Source: Deltaproteobacteria bacterium (GTDB lineage Bacteria > Desulfobacterota > Desulfobacteria > Desulfobacterales > JAFDMD01). Taken from it: a DNA stretch of 64,000 nucleotides. A program made the position numbers and the translations under genes. Below the pieces are notes generated by a model that made no database searches, was not told where the DNA came from, and worked only from the letters and a program-made list of their open reading frames with translations. Where the stretch lies: NCBI GenBank assembly GCA_019306065.1, contig JAFDMF010000001.1, forward strand, positions 85,244 through 149,243. Direction: 5' to 3'. Shown piece after piece: positions 8,651-18,267 of the stretch. Within the stretch, counting starts at the first letter, position 1. The number at the start of each line of letters is the position of its first letter.

Positions 8651-11143
8651 ATGATTGATAACAAACTTCAAGAAATACTACCTTTTGTAAAACAGCCCGC
8701 GAGATATACAGGTTCCGAAATAAATAGTATAAAAAAGGATTATTCCGATATTTCGGCGTCTGTTCTTCTTGCTTTTCCGGACTTATATGAAATCGGAACT
8801 TCCCATTTGGGAATACAGATACTTTATAATATTTTAAATAAAAAAAAGGAGGTTGCCGCAGAAAGAGTATTTGCGCCGGATATTGATATGGCAAAGCTTT
8901 TAAGAAAAAAAAAGGTTTTACTATCCTCGCTTGAAACAGGCAGAGCTTTAAAACGTTTTGATATAATAGGGTTTTCGCTTCTTTATGAATTAAATTATAC
9001 AAATATTCTTTTAATGCTTGATCTTGCGGATATTCCCTTTTTTGCTTCGGAAAGAAAAGATATATTCCCCCTTATAATAGGCGGAGGTCCCTGCGCTTCA
9101 AACCCGGAGCCTGTAGCAGATTTTTTTGATGCTTTTGCAATAGGAGATGGAGAAGAGACGCTTTTGGCTATGACAGATACTCTTATCCGATTAAAAAAAA
9201 AGAAAGCAAAAGATAAAAAAGATTTTTTATATGAATGGTCTAAAATAGAAGGGGTATATATACCCTCTTTTTTTAAAGCGGAATACAGCGACGGTTTTTG
9301 CAGCTTAACGCCCAAATATTCGCATCATAAAAAAATTAAACGGGCGGTTATATCCGATTTTGATAATGCTATTTTTCCGGAAATGCCGATTATTCCTTAC
9401 GGAAAACCTATCCACGACAGATTAAAAATAGAAGTGGCAAGAGGATGTAGCGCGGGATGCAGATTTTGTTTGGCTGGAATGATATACAGACCCGTTAGAG
9501 AAAAAAGCTTAAAAACCATATCCGAATTATGTAAAAAGGGAGCGGCTTCCACAGGATACGAAGAATTATCTTTATTATCTTTAAGCATAGGAGATTACGG
9601 TTGTTTAAACCGGCTTATAGAGCAGACGGTAAATTTTTTTGCGCCCCAAAAAGTTGCGGTTTCGCTTCCTTCTATGAGAGCCGATTCTTTAACCCCGGAG
9701 ATGATGAATCTTATTAAAAAAATAAGAAAAACAGGTTTTACCATAGCTCCGGAAGCCGGAAGTCAAAGACTTAGAAACGTAATAAATAAAAATATAACCT
9801 ACCAACAGATAGAAAATACGGTTTTAAACGCTTTCGGGCTTGGCTGGCAGTTAATAAAACTGTATTTTATGATAGGCTTGCCTACGGAAACGGACGAAGA
9901 TATTTTTGAATTAATAGAATTAGTAAAAAGAATAAAAGCGGTTTTAAAAGAGAAAAAATATAATAGAGGCAATATTAACGTAAGCGTTTCCAACTTTGTT
10001 CCAAAGGCGCATACTCCTTTTCAATGGGAGCCGCAGTTATCCATAAACGAAGTTGAAAGACGTCTTAATATTATAAGAGATAATCTTAACATCCGAGGAG
10101 TGCGCGTTAAATGGCACAATCCGCAGACAGGCGTTTTGGAAGGATTATTTTCAAGAGGAGACAGGCGGCTTTCCGCTTTAATTCTTTCCGCTTATAAAAA
10201 CGGCTGCGTATTTGACGGATGGAGCGAGCATTTTGATTTTACGCTTTGGAAAAAAGCTTTGGAGGAGACCGGAATAGATCTGGATTTTTATATTTACGGG
10301 CAACTTAAAACAGAAGAGCCGCTTTGCTGGGATCATATAGATACAAGAGTTGGCAAAGAATTTTTAATAAAAGAATTAAATAATGCGTTTGCTCAAAAAA
10401 CTACTCCAAGCTGCAAAGATCATAAATGTTCCGAATGCGGGGTATGCGATTTTAAAAAAATCGCCCCGGAAATATTTACAGACTGCGACAAATATCTTGA
10501 AGAGAAAAAATCGGCGGATAAACCGGATATTCCGGCTTATAAAAAATACAGCCTGTTATTTTCAAAAAAGGATAACGCAAAATTTTTCGGGCATCTTGAA
10601 ATGGCAAAAATATTTTTAAGGGCGTTAAAAAGAGCAAAAATTTCGGTAAAATTCTCTTCCGGTTTTCATCCTATGCCAAAAGTCTCTTTTGAAGACAGTT
10701 TGCCTCTCGGCATGGAAAGCGAAGCGGAAACTATGAATATAACGGTTTTAGATAAAATAACTCCGCAGGAAATAGTCGAAAATTTAAACAAAGAGCTTCC
10801 GAGCGGGCTTTTTGTTTATGATTTTAAAGAATATAAAAAAAGCGTCCGAGCCGACGAAGAAATTTACGAGGTTACCCTTAAACATGAAATATTTGACGAA
10901 TTAAAACTTTTGGATTTTAAAAAGCTTGATAATTTAATAATAAAAAAGACAAGTTATAAAGGGAAAGATAAAGAGGTTGATTTAAAAAAGGTTACCAAAG
11001 AAATAGATTTAAAAAACAAAAATAAATTAAGGCTTGTTTTAAGCGCTTTTGCCGGCGTAAGACCAAGTTTAATTTTAAAAGAAATATTTGGTTTGTCGGA
11101 AGATATAATAAAACTTGCAAAAATTATAAAAAAACGGAGTTGA
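8651..11143 (+). CDS. Radical SAM protein, TIGR03960-type fused to a DUF2344/TIGR03936-type C-terminal domain
   Basis: PARYTGSEIN N-terminus, B12-binding-like region, CSAGCRFC radical-SAM cluster motif, and a C-terminal FGHLEMAKIFLRALKRA (DUF2344-like). ATG at 8651 is preferred to TTG at 8606. Confidence 0.85.
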   Translation: MIDNKLQEILPFVKQPARYTGSEINSIKKDYSDISASVLLAFPDLYEIGTSHLGIQILYNILNKKKEVAAERVFAPDIDMAKLLRKKKVLLSSLETGRALKRFDIIGFSLLYELNYTNILLMLDLADIPFFASERKDIFPLIIGGGPCASNPEPVADFFDAFAIGDGEETLLAMTDTLIRLKKKKAKDKKDFLYEWSKIEGVYIPSFFKAEYSDGFCSLTPKYSHHKKIKRAVISDFDNAIFPEMPIIPYGKPIHDRLKIEVARGCSAGCRFCLAGMIYRPVREKSLKTISELCKKGAASTGYEELSLLSLSIGDYGCLNRLIEQTVNFFAPQKVAVSLPSMRADSLTPEMMNLIKKIRKTGFTIAPEAGSQRLRNVINKNITYQQIENTVLNAFGLGWQLIKLYFMIGLPTETDEDIFELIELVKRIKAVLKEKKYNRGNINVSVSNFVPKAHTPFQWEPQLSINEVERRLNIIRDNLNIRGVRVKWHNPQTGVLEGLFSRGDRRLSALILSAYKNGCVFDGWSEHFDFTLWKKALEETGIDLDFYIYGQLKTEEPLCWDHIDTRVGKEFLIKELNNAFAQKTTPSCKDHKCSECGVCDFKKIAPEIFTDCDKYLEEKKSADKPDIPAYKKYSLLFSKKDNAKFFGHLEMAKIFLRALKRAKISVKFSSGFHPMPKVSFEDSLPLGMESEAETMNITVLDKITPQEIVENLNKELPSGLFVYDFKEYKKSVRADEEIYEVTLKHEIFDELKLLDFKKLDNLIIKKTSYKGKDKEVDLKKVTKEIDLKNKNKLRLVLSAFAGVRPSLILKEIFGLSEDIIKLAKIIKKRS

Positions 11144-11162
11144 AAACGGAGATATATTTTTT

Positions 11163-11642
11163 ATGGGCAAAATTTTTAAAGAGATAAAATGCACTGTAAA
11201 TAAAGAGGAAATCACCTGCAATGTCGAATACGGAGCCTCTTTGCAGGATATGTTAAGAGAAAACGGTTATACAAGCATAAAACATGGCTGCGGAGTAGGA
11301 GAATGCGGAGCCTGCACGATTTTAGTAGATAATATACCAATAGATTCCTGTATATATCTTGCCGTTTGGGCGGACGGAAAAATAATCCGCACAGCGGAAG
11401 GAGAAGCCAAAGGCTTAAAACTTTCTTCGGTTCAGCAGGCTTATGTTGATAAAGGAGCGGTTCAATGCGGATTTTGCACCCCCGGCTTTATAATGACCTC
11501 AACCGCATTTGTTGAAAAAAATAAAGGCAGAAAAATAGATAGAGGTTTAATAAGAAAAGAGCATGCAGGCAACCTATGCAGATGCACCGGATACGAGGCT
11601 ATTGTATGCGCGATTGAGCAGGCGGCGGGGAAAGAGCAATAA
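11163..11642 (+). CDS. [2Fe-2S]-binding small subunit of a molybdenum hydroxylase (CoxS/XdhC-iron-sulfur type)
   Basis: GCGVGECGACTILVD, QCGFCTPGFIM and NLCRCTGY cluster motifs. No FAD or molybdopterin subunit is adjacent. Confidence 0.88.
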   Translation: MGKIFKEIKCTVNKEEITCNVEYGASLQDMLRENGYTSIKHGCGVGECGACTILVDNIPIDSCIYLAVWADGKIIRTAEGEAKGLKLSSVQQAYVDKGAVQCGFCTPGFIMTSTAFVEKNKGRKIDRGLIRKEHAGNLCRCTGYEAIVCAIEQAAGKEQ

Positions 11643-11761
11643 TTTGACGATATAAAAATTTTTAATATCGCGCCTCAAAAAAATAAAGATTGAAAAAATA
11701 TTATCAACATGAAATAATATTTATCCCTTAAAATTTATTATAGAGCAGGTAATGTGTTGAT

Positions 11762-14700
11762 ATGTTTAATATAAAAGAATTTTTTCAAAAAAGAGGCTTT
11801 AATTTTGGAGAAGAGAATTCGGATATAAAACCGAAAAAAATAATCCTTTCCGAAAATGAATATCTTTCCGAAAAGTTACAAAATAAAGTATTTGTTTATG
11901 ACTGCCCCAAAAATGCTTATACATCCTTTTATGTAATTAATACTCCGCTTACTCAAGAAGAATTATTTCAAATAAAAAGATATATATGGAATGAAAATAA
12001 ATATCATCTATATTTTACTTTAAAAAAAGAGAAAAAATCTTTTATTGCAGCCCTTTTTTACGCTAAAACAAATCCAAGAGAAAAAGAGATAAAAATAGCA
12101 AGTTTTAAAGGAGACGAGCAGGATAGCAATCAGATAGAAAAAATTAGCAAATGGCAGTTTAAATCAGGCTTGTTTTGGCTTAATTATTCCGAATTTTCAG
12201 ATAAAATAAAAAAAAGTAAAACATTAGATAAAAAATTAATCGAAACCTTAAAAAATTTAAGGAAACAATTAATTACAGAATACGAAAAAAACGGAACGGC
12301 TGATGATATTGAAAAAACCGTTCAAGCGCTTATAGATAGAACCTTATTTATAAAATTTTTGGAAGATAGGCATATTATTAATTCCTATTTTTATAAATAT
12401 TATTTTGACGATTCCAAAACCGGCTACAAAAAGTTTTTAGAAAATGATGAAACTGATAAAATCAACCGGTTGTTTAAGGAAATAAACGAAAATTTTAATA
12501 ATATTCTTTTTCAAAAACCTTCTATTAGCCCTAATGATTTAACTCCTGAAATTTTAAAATTAATCTGCGATATGATTTCTCAAAAAGATTTTAAAACGAA
12601 GCAGTTAAATCTATTTGATTTTAAATTCGACGTTATGCCTATAGAATTTATAAGCCGGATATATGAGGTGTTTTTAGAAAAAAAGCAGATTAAACAGGGT
12701 ATTTTTTATACCCCGCAAAACCTAGCGCAATTAATTATAGATGATACTATTAAAAAAAAAGGATCAGTTCTTGATCCTTCCTGCGGTTCCGGAATATTTT
12801 TAATTTTTGCTTTTCGGAAGCTGTTACAATTAAATCCGCTCAAATCAAATGTTACAATCCAAATTATAAAGCATAGAAACAGATTAATAAAAGATTATAT
12901 TTTTGGCATCGAAAAAGAGGATATTGCCCGCAGAATAGCTATTTTTTCTTTATATTTGGAATTATTAAAAGATATTGATCCCAAAGAGATAAAAGAATTT
13001 ATTAAAAACAGACTTGAAAAACCGGATTCGCCTCCAATATTTCCTTACGATTTTTCAGACAATATCATAACTGCAAATTCGCTTGAAATAGAAGAGGAAA
13101 AGATTCCGCATAAAAATAAAAAATTCGATTATATAGTAGGCAATCCGCCTTTTTTCCAAATCAAAAAAGATAGAGATAAAAAAGAGCATAATTTTTTGGA
13201 AAAATATAAAACTAAAATTGACGGCAAAACCTTAATCGCAAAACAAATCATAGGGCATAAACAAATATCGCAATGCTTTATGCTAAGAATAAAAGACTGG
13301 GCAAAGCTAGATACTAATTTCGGATTTGTAATAAACGGGTCTAATTTCTATAATGAAAAATCGGCATCTTTTCAAAAATTCTTTTTTAACTATTACCGAA
13401 TAAAAAAGTTTTACGAGTTATCAAAAGTAAAAGATATACTCTTTGCCAAATCAAAAGAAAGCGTAGTTACAGTTATATTTAATAATAGTCCGATGGATAA
13501 TAATACTTTTAATTATTATCCGATTGAGCGCGAAATATTTTCCGACATATTAATAGTTGACGAAAATAAAAGCTTTGAAATAAAACAAAAAGATATATTA
13601 AATGAAAAAATAAAGCTGCGAGTATTTCTGTTTGGCAATGAATTTGATTTAAAATTAATTAAAAAACTTAATAACAATAATAAATTTGCGGATTATATTT
13701 TGCCGGACAATTATTATGGATTTGCCGTAGGCATGAGAATAACAGGAAAAGATATAATTTGTAAAAAATTGAATATAACTTCTGAATATTATGATTCATT
13801 ATCAAAGCAAGAGCGATTAAAATTAATTGATGATGATAAGGCAAAATATATAAGAGACTATAAAGATGAAAAATATTCTGTCCCATATATTGAATACAAA
13901 GATATTGACAACTTTCGAGCGAATGAAAATATATATATTAGCAAAAAAGACATATTGGACAAAAAATTCAGAAGAAATAAAGAGATAGATTTTTTTAACG
14001 GAGACAAATTATTACTAAGACGCGTGTCGTTTAATTTTAATAATAAATATATCTTTCCTGTATATCTAATCGATAATATGGTTTGCTTTTCGGACAGCGT
14101 TTTTTCCATTAGATTAAAAGAAAAAAAAGATTATCATTTAATAGCGGCTATTTTGAACTCTTACCTCATTAATTATTATCTTAACATTGTCCATGTAAAG
14201 CGTTATGGGAGTCAGTATCCTAAAATAAACAAAGATAATATTAAAAACATCCCGATTCCAAAATATATAGATCAGGATATAAAAAATGAGATTACAGATA
14301 TAAGCAAAAAACTTTCCGACGGCATTTATGAGTATAAAGGAAAAATAGCAGATAAATTAAATGATTTGGTTTGTGATTTATATGATCTTGGTTATCTTGA
14401 AAAAAGAAGAATAAAAGATTTTTTTTCGGATAAAAAAGAGGTAACTAACAATGATTTAACAGAATATAAAAAAACTTTAAGATACGCTATAGAGATTTAT
14501 TTTGAAGATGATTTTACTATTGAAACATACATCGGAAAGAATTTGCCTTTTGGTTTAACGGCTGCGGCAGTATATTTTAACGATACAAAAAAAGAAGAAA
14601 CCAAAAACAGAAATAAAGAGATAAATATTAATAGCAGTAGCAGCCGGCAGCCTGCGGTTAAAAAAAGCCTGCGGTTTATTATTAATCAGGTATTAAAAGA

Positions 14701-14845
14701 AAATACTGAAGAAACTCTTCTTATAATGCGCGAAAAAATCTTCGGCGAAGATTCCATCTATATAATTAAGAATAATCAATACCAAAGCTGGACAAAAACA
14801 AAAGCTTTTGAAGATGGGCAGGAAATATTAAGACGATTTAAATGA
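11762..14845 (+). CDS. Large gamma-class N6-adenine DNA methyltransferase with C-terminal target-recognition domain (Eco57I/type IIG-like MTase-TRD; no recognisable nuclease motif)
   Basis: FYTPQNLA (motif X), VLDPSCGSGIFL (motif I) and DYIVGNPPFF (motif IV) in gamma order. TaqI-like TRD segment HLIAAILNSYLINYYL. N-terminal helical segment IDRTLFIKFLEDRHI. Very AT-rich. Confidence 0.85.
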   Translation: MFNIKEFFQKRGFNFGEENSDIKPKKIILSENEYLSEKLQNKVFVYDCPKNAYTSFYVINTPLTQEELFQIKRYIWNENKYHLYFTLKKEKKSFIAALFYAKTNPREKEIKIASFKGDEQDSNQIEKISKWQFKSGLFWLNYSEFSDKIKKSKTLDKKLIETLKNLRKQLITEYEKNGTADDIEKTVQALIDRTLFIKFLEDRHIINSYFYKYYFDDSKTGYKKFLENDETDKINRLFKEINENFNNILFQKPSISPNDLTPEILKLICDMISQKDFKTKQLNLFDFKFDVMPIEFISRIYEVFLEKKQIKQGIFYTPQNLAQLIIDDTIKKKGSVLDPSCGSGIFLIFAFRKLLQLNPLKSNVTIQIIKHRNRLIKDYIFGIEKEDIARRIAIFSLYLELLKDIDPKEIKEFIKNRLEKPDSPPIFPYDFSDNIITANSLEIEEEKIPHKNKKFDYIVGNPPFFQIKKDRDKKEHNFLEKYKTKIDGKTLIAKQIIGHKQISQCFMLRIKDWAKLDTNFGFVINGSNFYNEKSASFQKFFFNYYRIKKFYELSKVKDILFAKSKESVVTVIFNNSPMDNNTFNYYPIEREIFSDILIVDENKSFEIKQKDILNEKIKLRVFLFGNEFDLKLIKKLNNNNKFADYILPDNYYGFAVGMRITGKDIICKKLNITSEYYDSLSKQERLKLIDDDKAKYIRDYKDEKYSVPYIEYKDIDNFRANENIYISKKDILDKKFRRNKEIDFFNGDKLLLRRVSFNFNNKYIFPVYLIDNMVCFSDSVFSIRLKEKKDYHLIAAILNSYLINYYLNIVHVKRYGSQYPKINKDNIKNIPIPKYIDQDIKNEITDISKKLSDGIYEYKGKIADKLNDLVCDLYDLGYLEKRRIKDFFSDKKEVTNNDLTEYKKTLRYAIEIYFEDDFTIETYIGKNLPFGLTAAAVYFNDTKKEETKNRNKEININSSSSRQPAVKKSLRFIINQVLKENTEETLLIMREKIFGEDSIYIIKNNQYQSWTKTKAFEDGQEILRRFK

Positions 14846-15561
14846 TAGAAGATAAAAAACATATCATATTACCAAAAACAGAAAAGATGCCGGACAGCAG
14901 AAGACAATTGAGAACATTTCACGATGATGTCTGGAAAGATTATATATTTTTTCATATATTACAATTTTATAAAAAAATTGATAGCGCCGAAGTTATAAAA
15001 TTGGTTGAAAAAGAGAAGGAAAAAGAGAGAGCGGAGATAGAAGAAGCAATAAAAAAACTGATAGAAAAATGGCTTAAAAACGACGAACAATTTGATACTC
15101 ATGGATTTAAAGTAAATAGAGAGCCGAAATCAGAAAACGGCGGATTTTACGATCTTAAATTTGAACATAGCGATTGGCAAGGCAAATACTTTTCTTTTGA
15201 ATGCAAAAATCTTGACGAGACATCAACATCTATAAAAGAATATGTTTATAACGAATCTAAACAGGACGGAGGAGTTTATCGTTATATGATATATAAGTAT
15301 GCAAAAAATTTAAATTGCGGCGGCACGATAGGTTTTATAATAAAAGGTAAAACAGATACGATAATAGAAAAAATAATAAAAGAGCTACATCAGGTTTTTG
15401 ATAATAACGCCATAGGAGAGTTAACCGGTAAATATATTATTCGAAATTCAATAGAAAACAATAAAAATACATTTAACAGCATACATCTAAGAACAAAAAA
15501 GAATAATATAAAAAAAGAGATTTTTACCCTTCATCATATTATGATGAACTTTAGCAGGTAA
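14842..15561 (+). CDS. Putative PD-(D/E)xK restriction-endonuclease-like protein, translationally coupled to the MTase
   Basis: ATGA start/stop overlap with the upstream gene. D104-x15-E120-C-K122 (GFYDLKFEHSDWQGKYFSFECKNL), with predicted beta-strand-like hydrophobic runs around the motif. Confidence 0.55.
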   Translation: MIEDKKHIILPKTEKMPDSRRQLRTFHDDVWKDYIFFHILQFYKKIDSAEVIKLVEKEKEKERAEIEEAIKKLIEKWLKNDEQFDTHGFKVNREPKSENGGFYDLKFEHSDWQGKYFSFECKNLDETSTSIKEYVYNESKQDGGVYRYMIYKYAKNLNCGGTIGFIIKGKTDTIIEKIIKELHQVFDNNAIGELTGKYIIRNSIENNKNTFNSIHLRTKKNNIKKEIFTLHHIMMNFSR

Positions 15562-15609
15562 CAGTTAATCACAAAAAAGAATGATAAAATTTCGTTGGAG
15601 AAACCAAAA

Positions 15610-16890
15610 ATGACCCTATATTTAAAAAATCCTACATTTATAGATTGGAAAAGTTTTGAAATAATAAAAAAAGATATAAAAGTAACCGAAGGATATAACG
15701 GAGCGATTCAATTTATAGAAAAGGCGCCGGAACAAAATAAATTAGCGCCGGAAGATAAAATAATAGACTGTGCGGGTAAAATAGTAACCAAATCTTTCGG
15801 ATGCGGGCATCATCACATATATTCTACGCTTGCAAGAGGAATGGGCGCTCCCAAAAAAATCCCCGCAAATTTTAAAGAGATACTTAAATATATATGGTGG
15901 CATCTTGATAAATGCCTTAATCTTGAAATGATAGAGGCAAGCGCGCTTGCCTGCGCAATATTTTGCGCAAAAAACGGGGTTACCTTTGTAATAGATCATC
16001 ATGCCTCTCCTTTCGCGGTAAAAGATTCCCTTTTTACAATAGCGGACGCATTTGATAAAGTAGGGGTATCTTCTTTGTTATGTTACGAGCTTTCGGACAG
16101 AGACGGCGAAAAATCCAAACAGCAAGGGTTAGAAGAGCATCAAAACTATCTTAATTCCGGAAAACAAGGACACATAGGGCTTCATGCCTCATTTACCATA
16201 GGAGATACGCTATTAAAACAGGCAATTTTACTTGCAGAAAAATTTAATACCGGAATACACATACACGTTGCGGAAGACAAAGCGGATCAGGAAGACTGCT
16301 TAAAAGATTACGGTATAAGAGTAGTTGAAAGATTATATAATTTCGGAGCGTTAAACCTTCCCAAAACCATATTATCTCACTGTATCCATCTTAATCAAAA
16401 CGAAAAAAAGCTTATTAAGGATTCCGGCGTATGGGTTGCGGAAAATATAGAGAGCAATCAAAACAACAACGTAGGGCTTGCGGATTACAGCGCCGTAACA
16501 AACAATGTAATGCTTGGAACAGACGGAATGCACAGCGACATGTTAAGAAGCGCAAAGGCGGCTTTTTTTGCGGGACAAAGCATAGAAAACGTCGGGATGG
16601 ATACAATATACGCCCGTTTTAGAAACATCCATCATTATATAGAAAAATCCGGTTTTAAAGGAGACGGCGAAAACAATCTTCTGATATTAGATTATAATTC
16701 TCCTACAGAGGTTACTGCCGACAACTTTTTAGGGCATTTTATATTCGGGATAGATTCTTCACACATACAAAGCGTTATTGCAAACGGAAAGCTTATAATA
16801 GAGAACAAACAAACAATCCTTGTAAATGAAGACGATATACTTATTTATGCGCGCCAAATGGGTTTGAAATTGTGGGATAAGATGAAGTAA
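15610..16890 (+). CDS. ssnA: SsnA-type putative aminohydrolase (amidohydrolase superfamily)
   Basis: LKYIWWHLDKCL, VIDHHASP and ILDYNSPTEVTADNFLGHFIFG closely parallel E. coli SsnA blocks. ATG at 15610 follows GGAG. Confidence 0.85.
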   Translation: MTLYLKNPTFIDWKSFEIIKKDIKVTEGYNGAIQFIEKAPEQNKLAPEDKIIDCAGKIVTKSFGCGHHHIYSTLARGMGAPKKIPANFKEILKYIWWHLDKCLNLEMIEASALACAIFCAKNGVTFVIDHHASPFAVKDSLFTIADAFDKVGVSSLLCYELSDRDGEKSKQQGLEEHQNYLNSGKQGHIGLHASFTIGDTLLKQAILLAEKFNTGIHIHVAEDKADQEDCLKDYGIRVVERLYNFGALNLPKTILSHCIHLNQNEKKLIKDSGVWVAENIESNQNNNVGLADYSAVTNNVMLGTDGMHSDMLRSAKAAFFAGQSIENVGMDTIYARFRNIHHYIEKSGFKGDGENNLLILDYNSPTEVTADNFLGHFIFGIDSSHIQSVIANGKLIIENKQTILVNEDDILIYARQMGLKLWDKMK

Positions 16891-16912
16891 GAGAGTTGCA
16901 AAAATATAAAGT

Positions 16913-17062
16913 AAAACCGTTTTTAATTTTTTTTATCGGAATATATAAAAAGCGGTAAAGATGTTGCATTGCAACGTTTTTACATAATAAACAGATTTTT
17001 AATCGTAGCAATTTGTTAATTTGATAATATTTGATTAAAAGACGGGACAAAACTTTGTATCT
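16913..17062 (+). repeat. 150-bp dispersed repeat, copy A (degenerate GCATGC hairpin core; ends GACGGGACAAAACTTTGTATCT)
   Basis: Aligns along its full length with 20688-20835 in the same orientation. Core at 16957-16981 reads aaagatgttgcattgcaacgttttt. Confidence 0.9.
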
Positions 17063-17148
17063 ATCTATCTTAAATATAAACAGAAGAGTCTCTCATTATT
17101 AAAAACATTTAAACAGAAACAAACGGAAACACATCATATCGGAGAAAA

Positions 17149-18225
17149 ATGTTTGGAAAGTTGGAATTAAATAAAATTTATAAAGGCGACTGTATTGAGT
17201 TGTTAAAAAAGATACCGGATAACTCGGTTGACCTGATTTTTGCGGATCCGCCTTATAATTTGCAGTTAAACGGCGAACTTTACAGACCAAATCAAACAAA
17301 GGTAAATGGGGTTAATGATGATTGGGATAAGTTTGAATCCAAAGAGCAATACGATAATTTTGCGCTTCTTTGGATAAAAGAATGCCGCAGAGTATTAAAA
17401 GATACAGGCGGTTTTTGGGTAATAGGAACATATCATAATATATTTAGAGTAGGAAAAATATTACAAGACATAGGTTTTTGGATATTAAACGATATAATTT
17501 GGATAAAAAATAACCCAATTCCTAATTTTAAAGGAACAAGATTTACCAATGCGCACGAAACATTAATATGGGCGGCAAAATCGGAAAAATCGAAATATAC
17601 TTTTCATTATCAAGCAATGAAAACAAGCAATGACGATTTACAAATGAGAAGCGATTGGTTAATACCAATATGCAACGGCAAACAAAGAATAAAAACAAAC
17701 GGACAAAAAGCCCACTCCACACAAAAACCTCAAGAATTACTTTTAAGAATAATCCTTTCAACGTCAAATCCGGGCGATATTATTTTAGATCCTTTTTGCG
17801 GCAGCGGAACAACCGCGGCAGTTGCAAAACTACTCGGAAGAAAATATATTACGTTTGATAATAAACAGGCTTACATAAAAATAGCAAAACAAAGATTAAA
17901 GCAGATTAAACCGCTTGATAAACCCTTGCTGCAATATAAAATAGAAAGAAAAAAGCCGAAGGTTACCGTCGGAAACCTTATCGAAAAAGGTTACGTTAAA
18001 ATCGGAGAGAATCTGTATTCGGCGGATAAAGAATATAAAGCGCAGGTTTTTGCGGACGCATCTGTTATATATAACGGCGAAGCCGGATCAATTCACAAAA
18101 CAAGCGCAAAAATTTTGCAAAAAGAAAGTTATAACGGATGGACTTATTGGCATGTTCAAAGAGAGGACAAACTTATAAGTATTGATCGGTTTCGTTATGA
18201 TTATGAAAAAGAATACTTATTGTAA
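17149..18225 (+). CDS. Beta-class N6-adenine DNA methyltransferase, CcrM/M.HinfI family, with the CcrM-type C-terminal domain
   Basis: IFADPPYNL (motif IV) precedes FCGSGTT (motif I). C-terminal SIHKTSAKILQKESYNGWTYWHV matches the CcrM-specific C-terminal segment. No endonuclease gene is adjacent. Confidence 0.88.
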   Translation: MFGKLELNKIYKGDCIELLKKIPDNSVDLIFADPPYNLQLNGELYRPNQTKVNGVNDDWDKFESKEQYDNFALLWIKECRRVLKDTGGFWVIGTYHNIFRVGKILQDIGFWILNDIIWIKNNPIPNFKGTRFTNAHETLIWAAKSEKSKYTFHYQAMKTSNDDLQMRSDWLIPICNGKQRIKTNGQKAHSTQKPQELLLRIILSTSNPGDIILDPFCGSGTTAAVAKLLGRKYITFDNKQAYIKIAKQRLKQIKPLDKPLLQYKIERKKPKVTVGNLIEKGYVKIGENLYSADKEYKAQVFADASVIYNGEAGSIHKTSAKILQKESYNGWTYWHVQREDKLISIDRFRYDYEKEYLL

Positions 18226-18267
18226 TTTGTTAGTAAGTATCAAAAGATTAAAAAGGAGTTTAACAAT

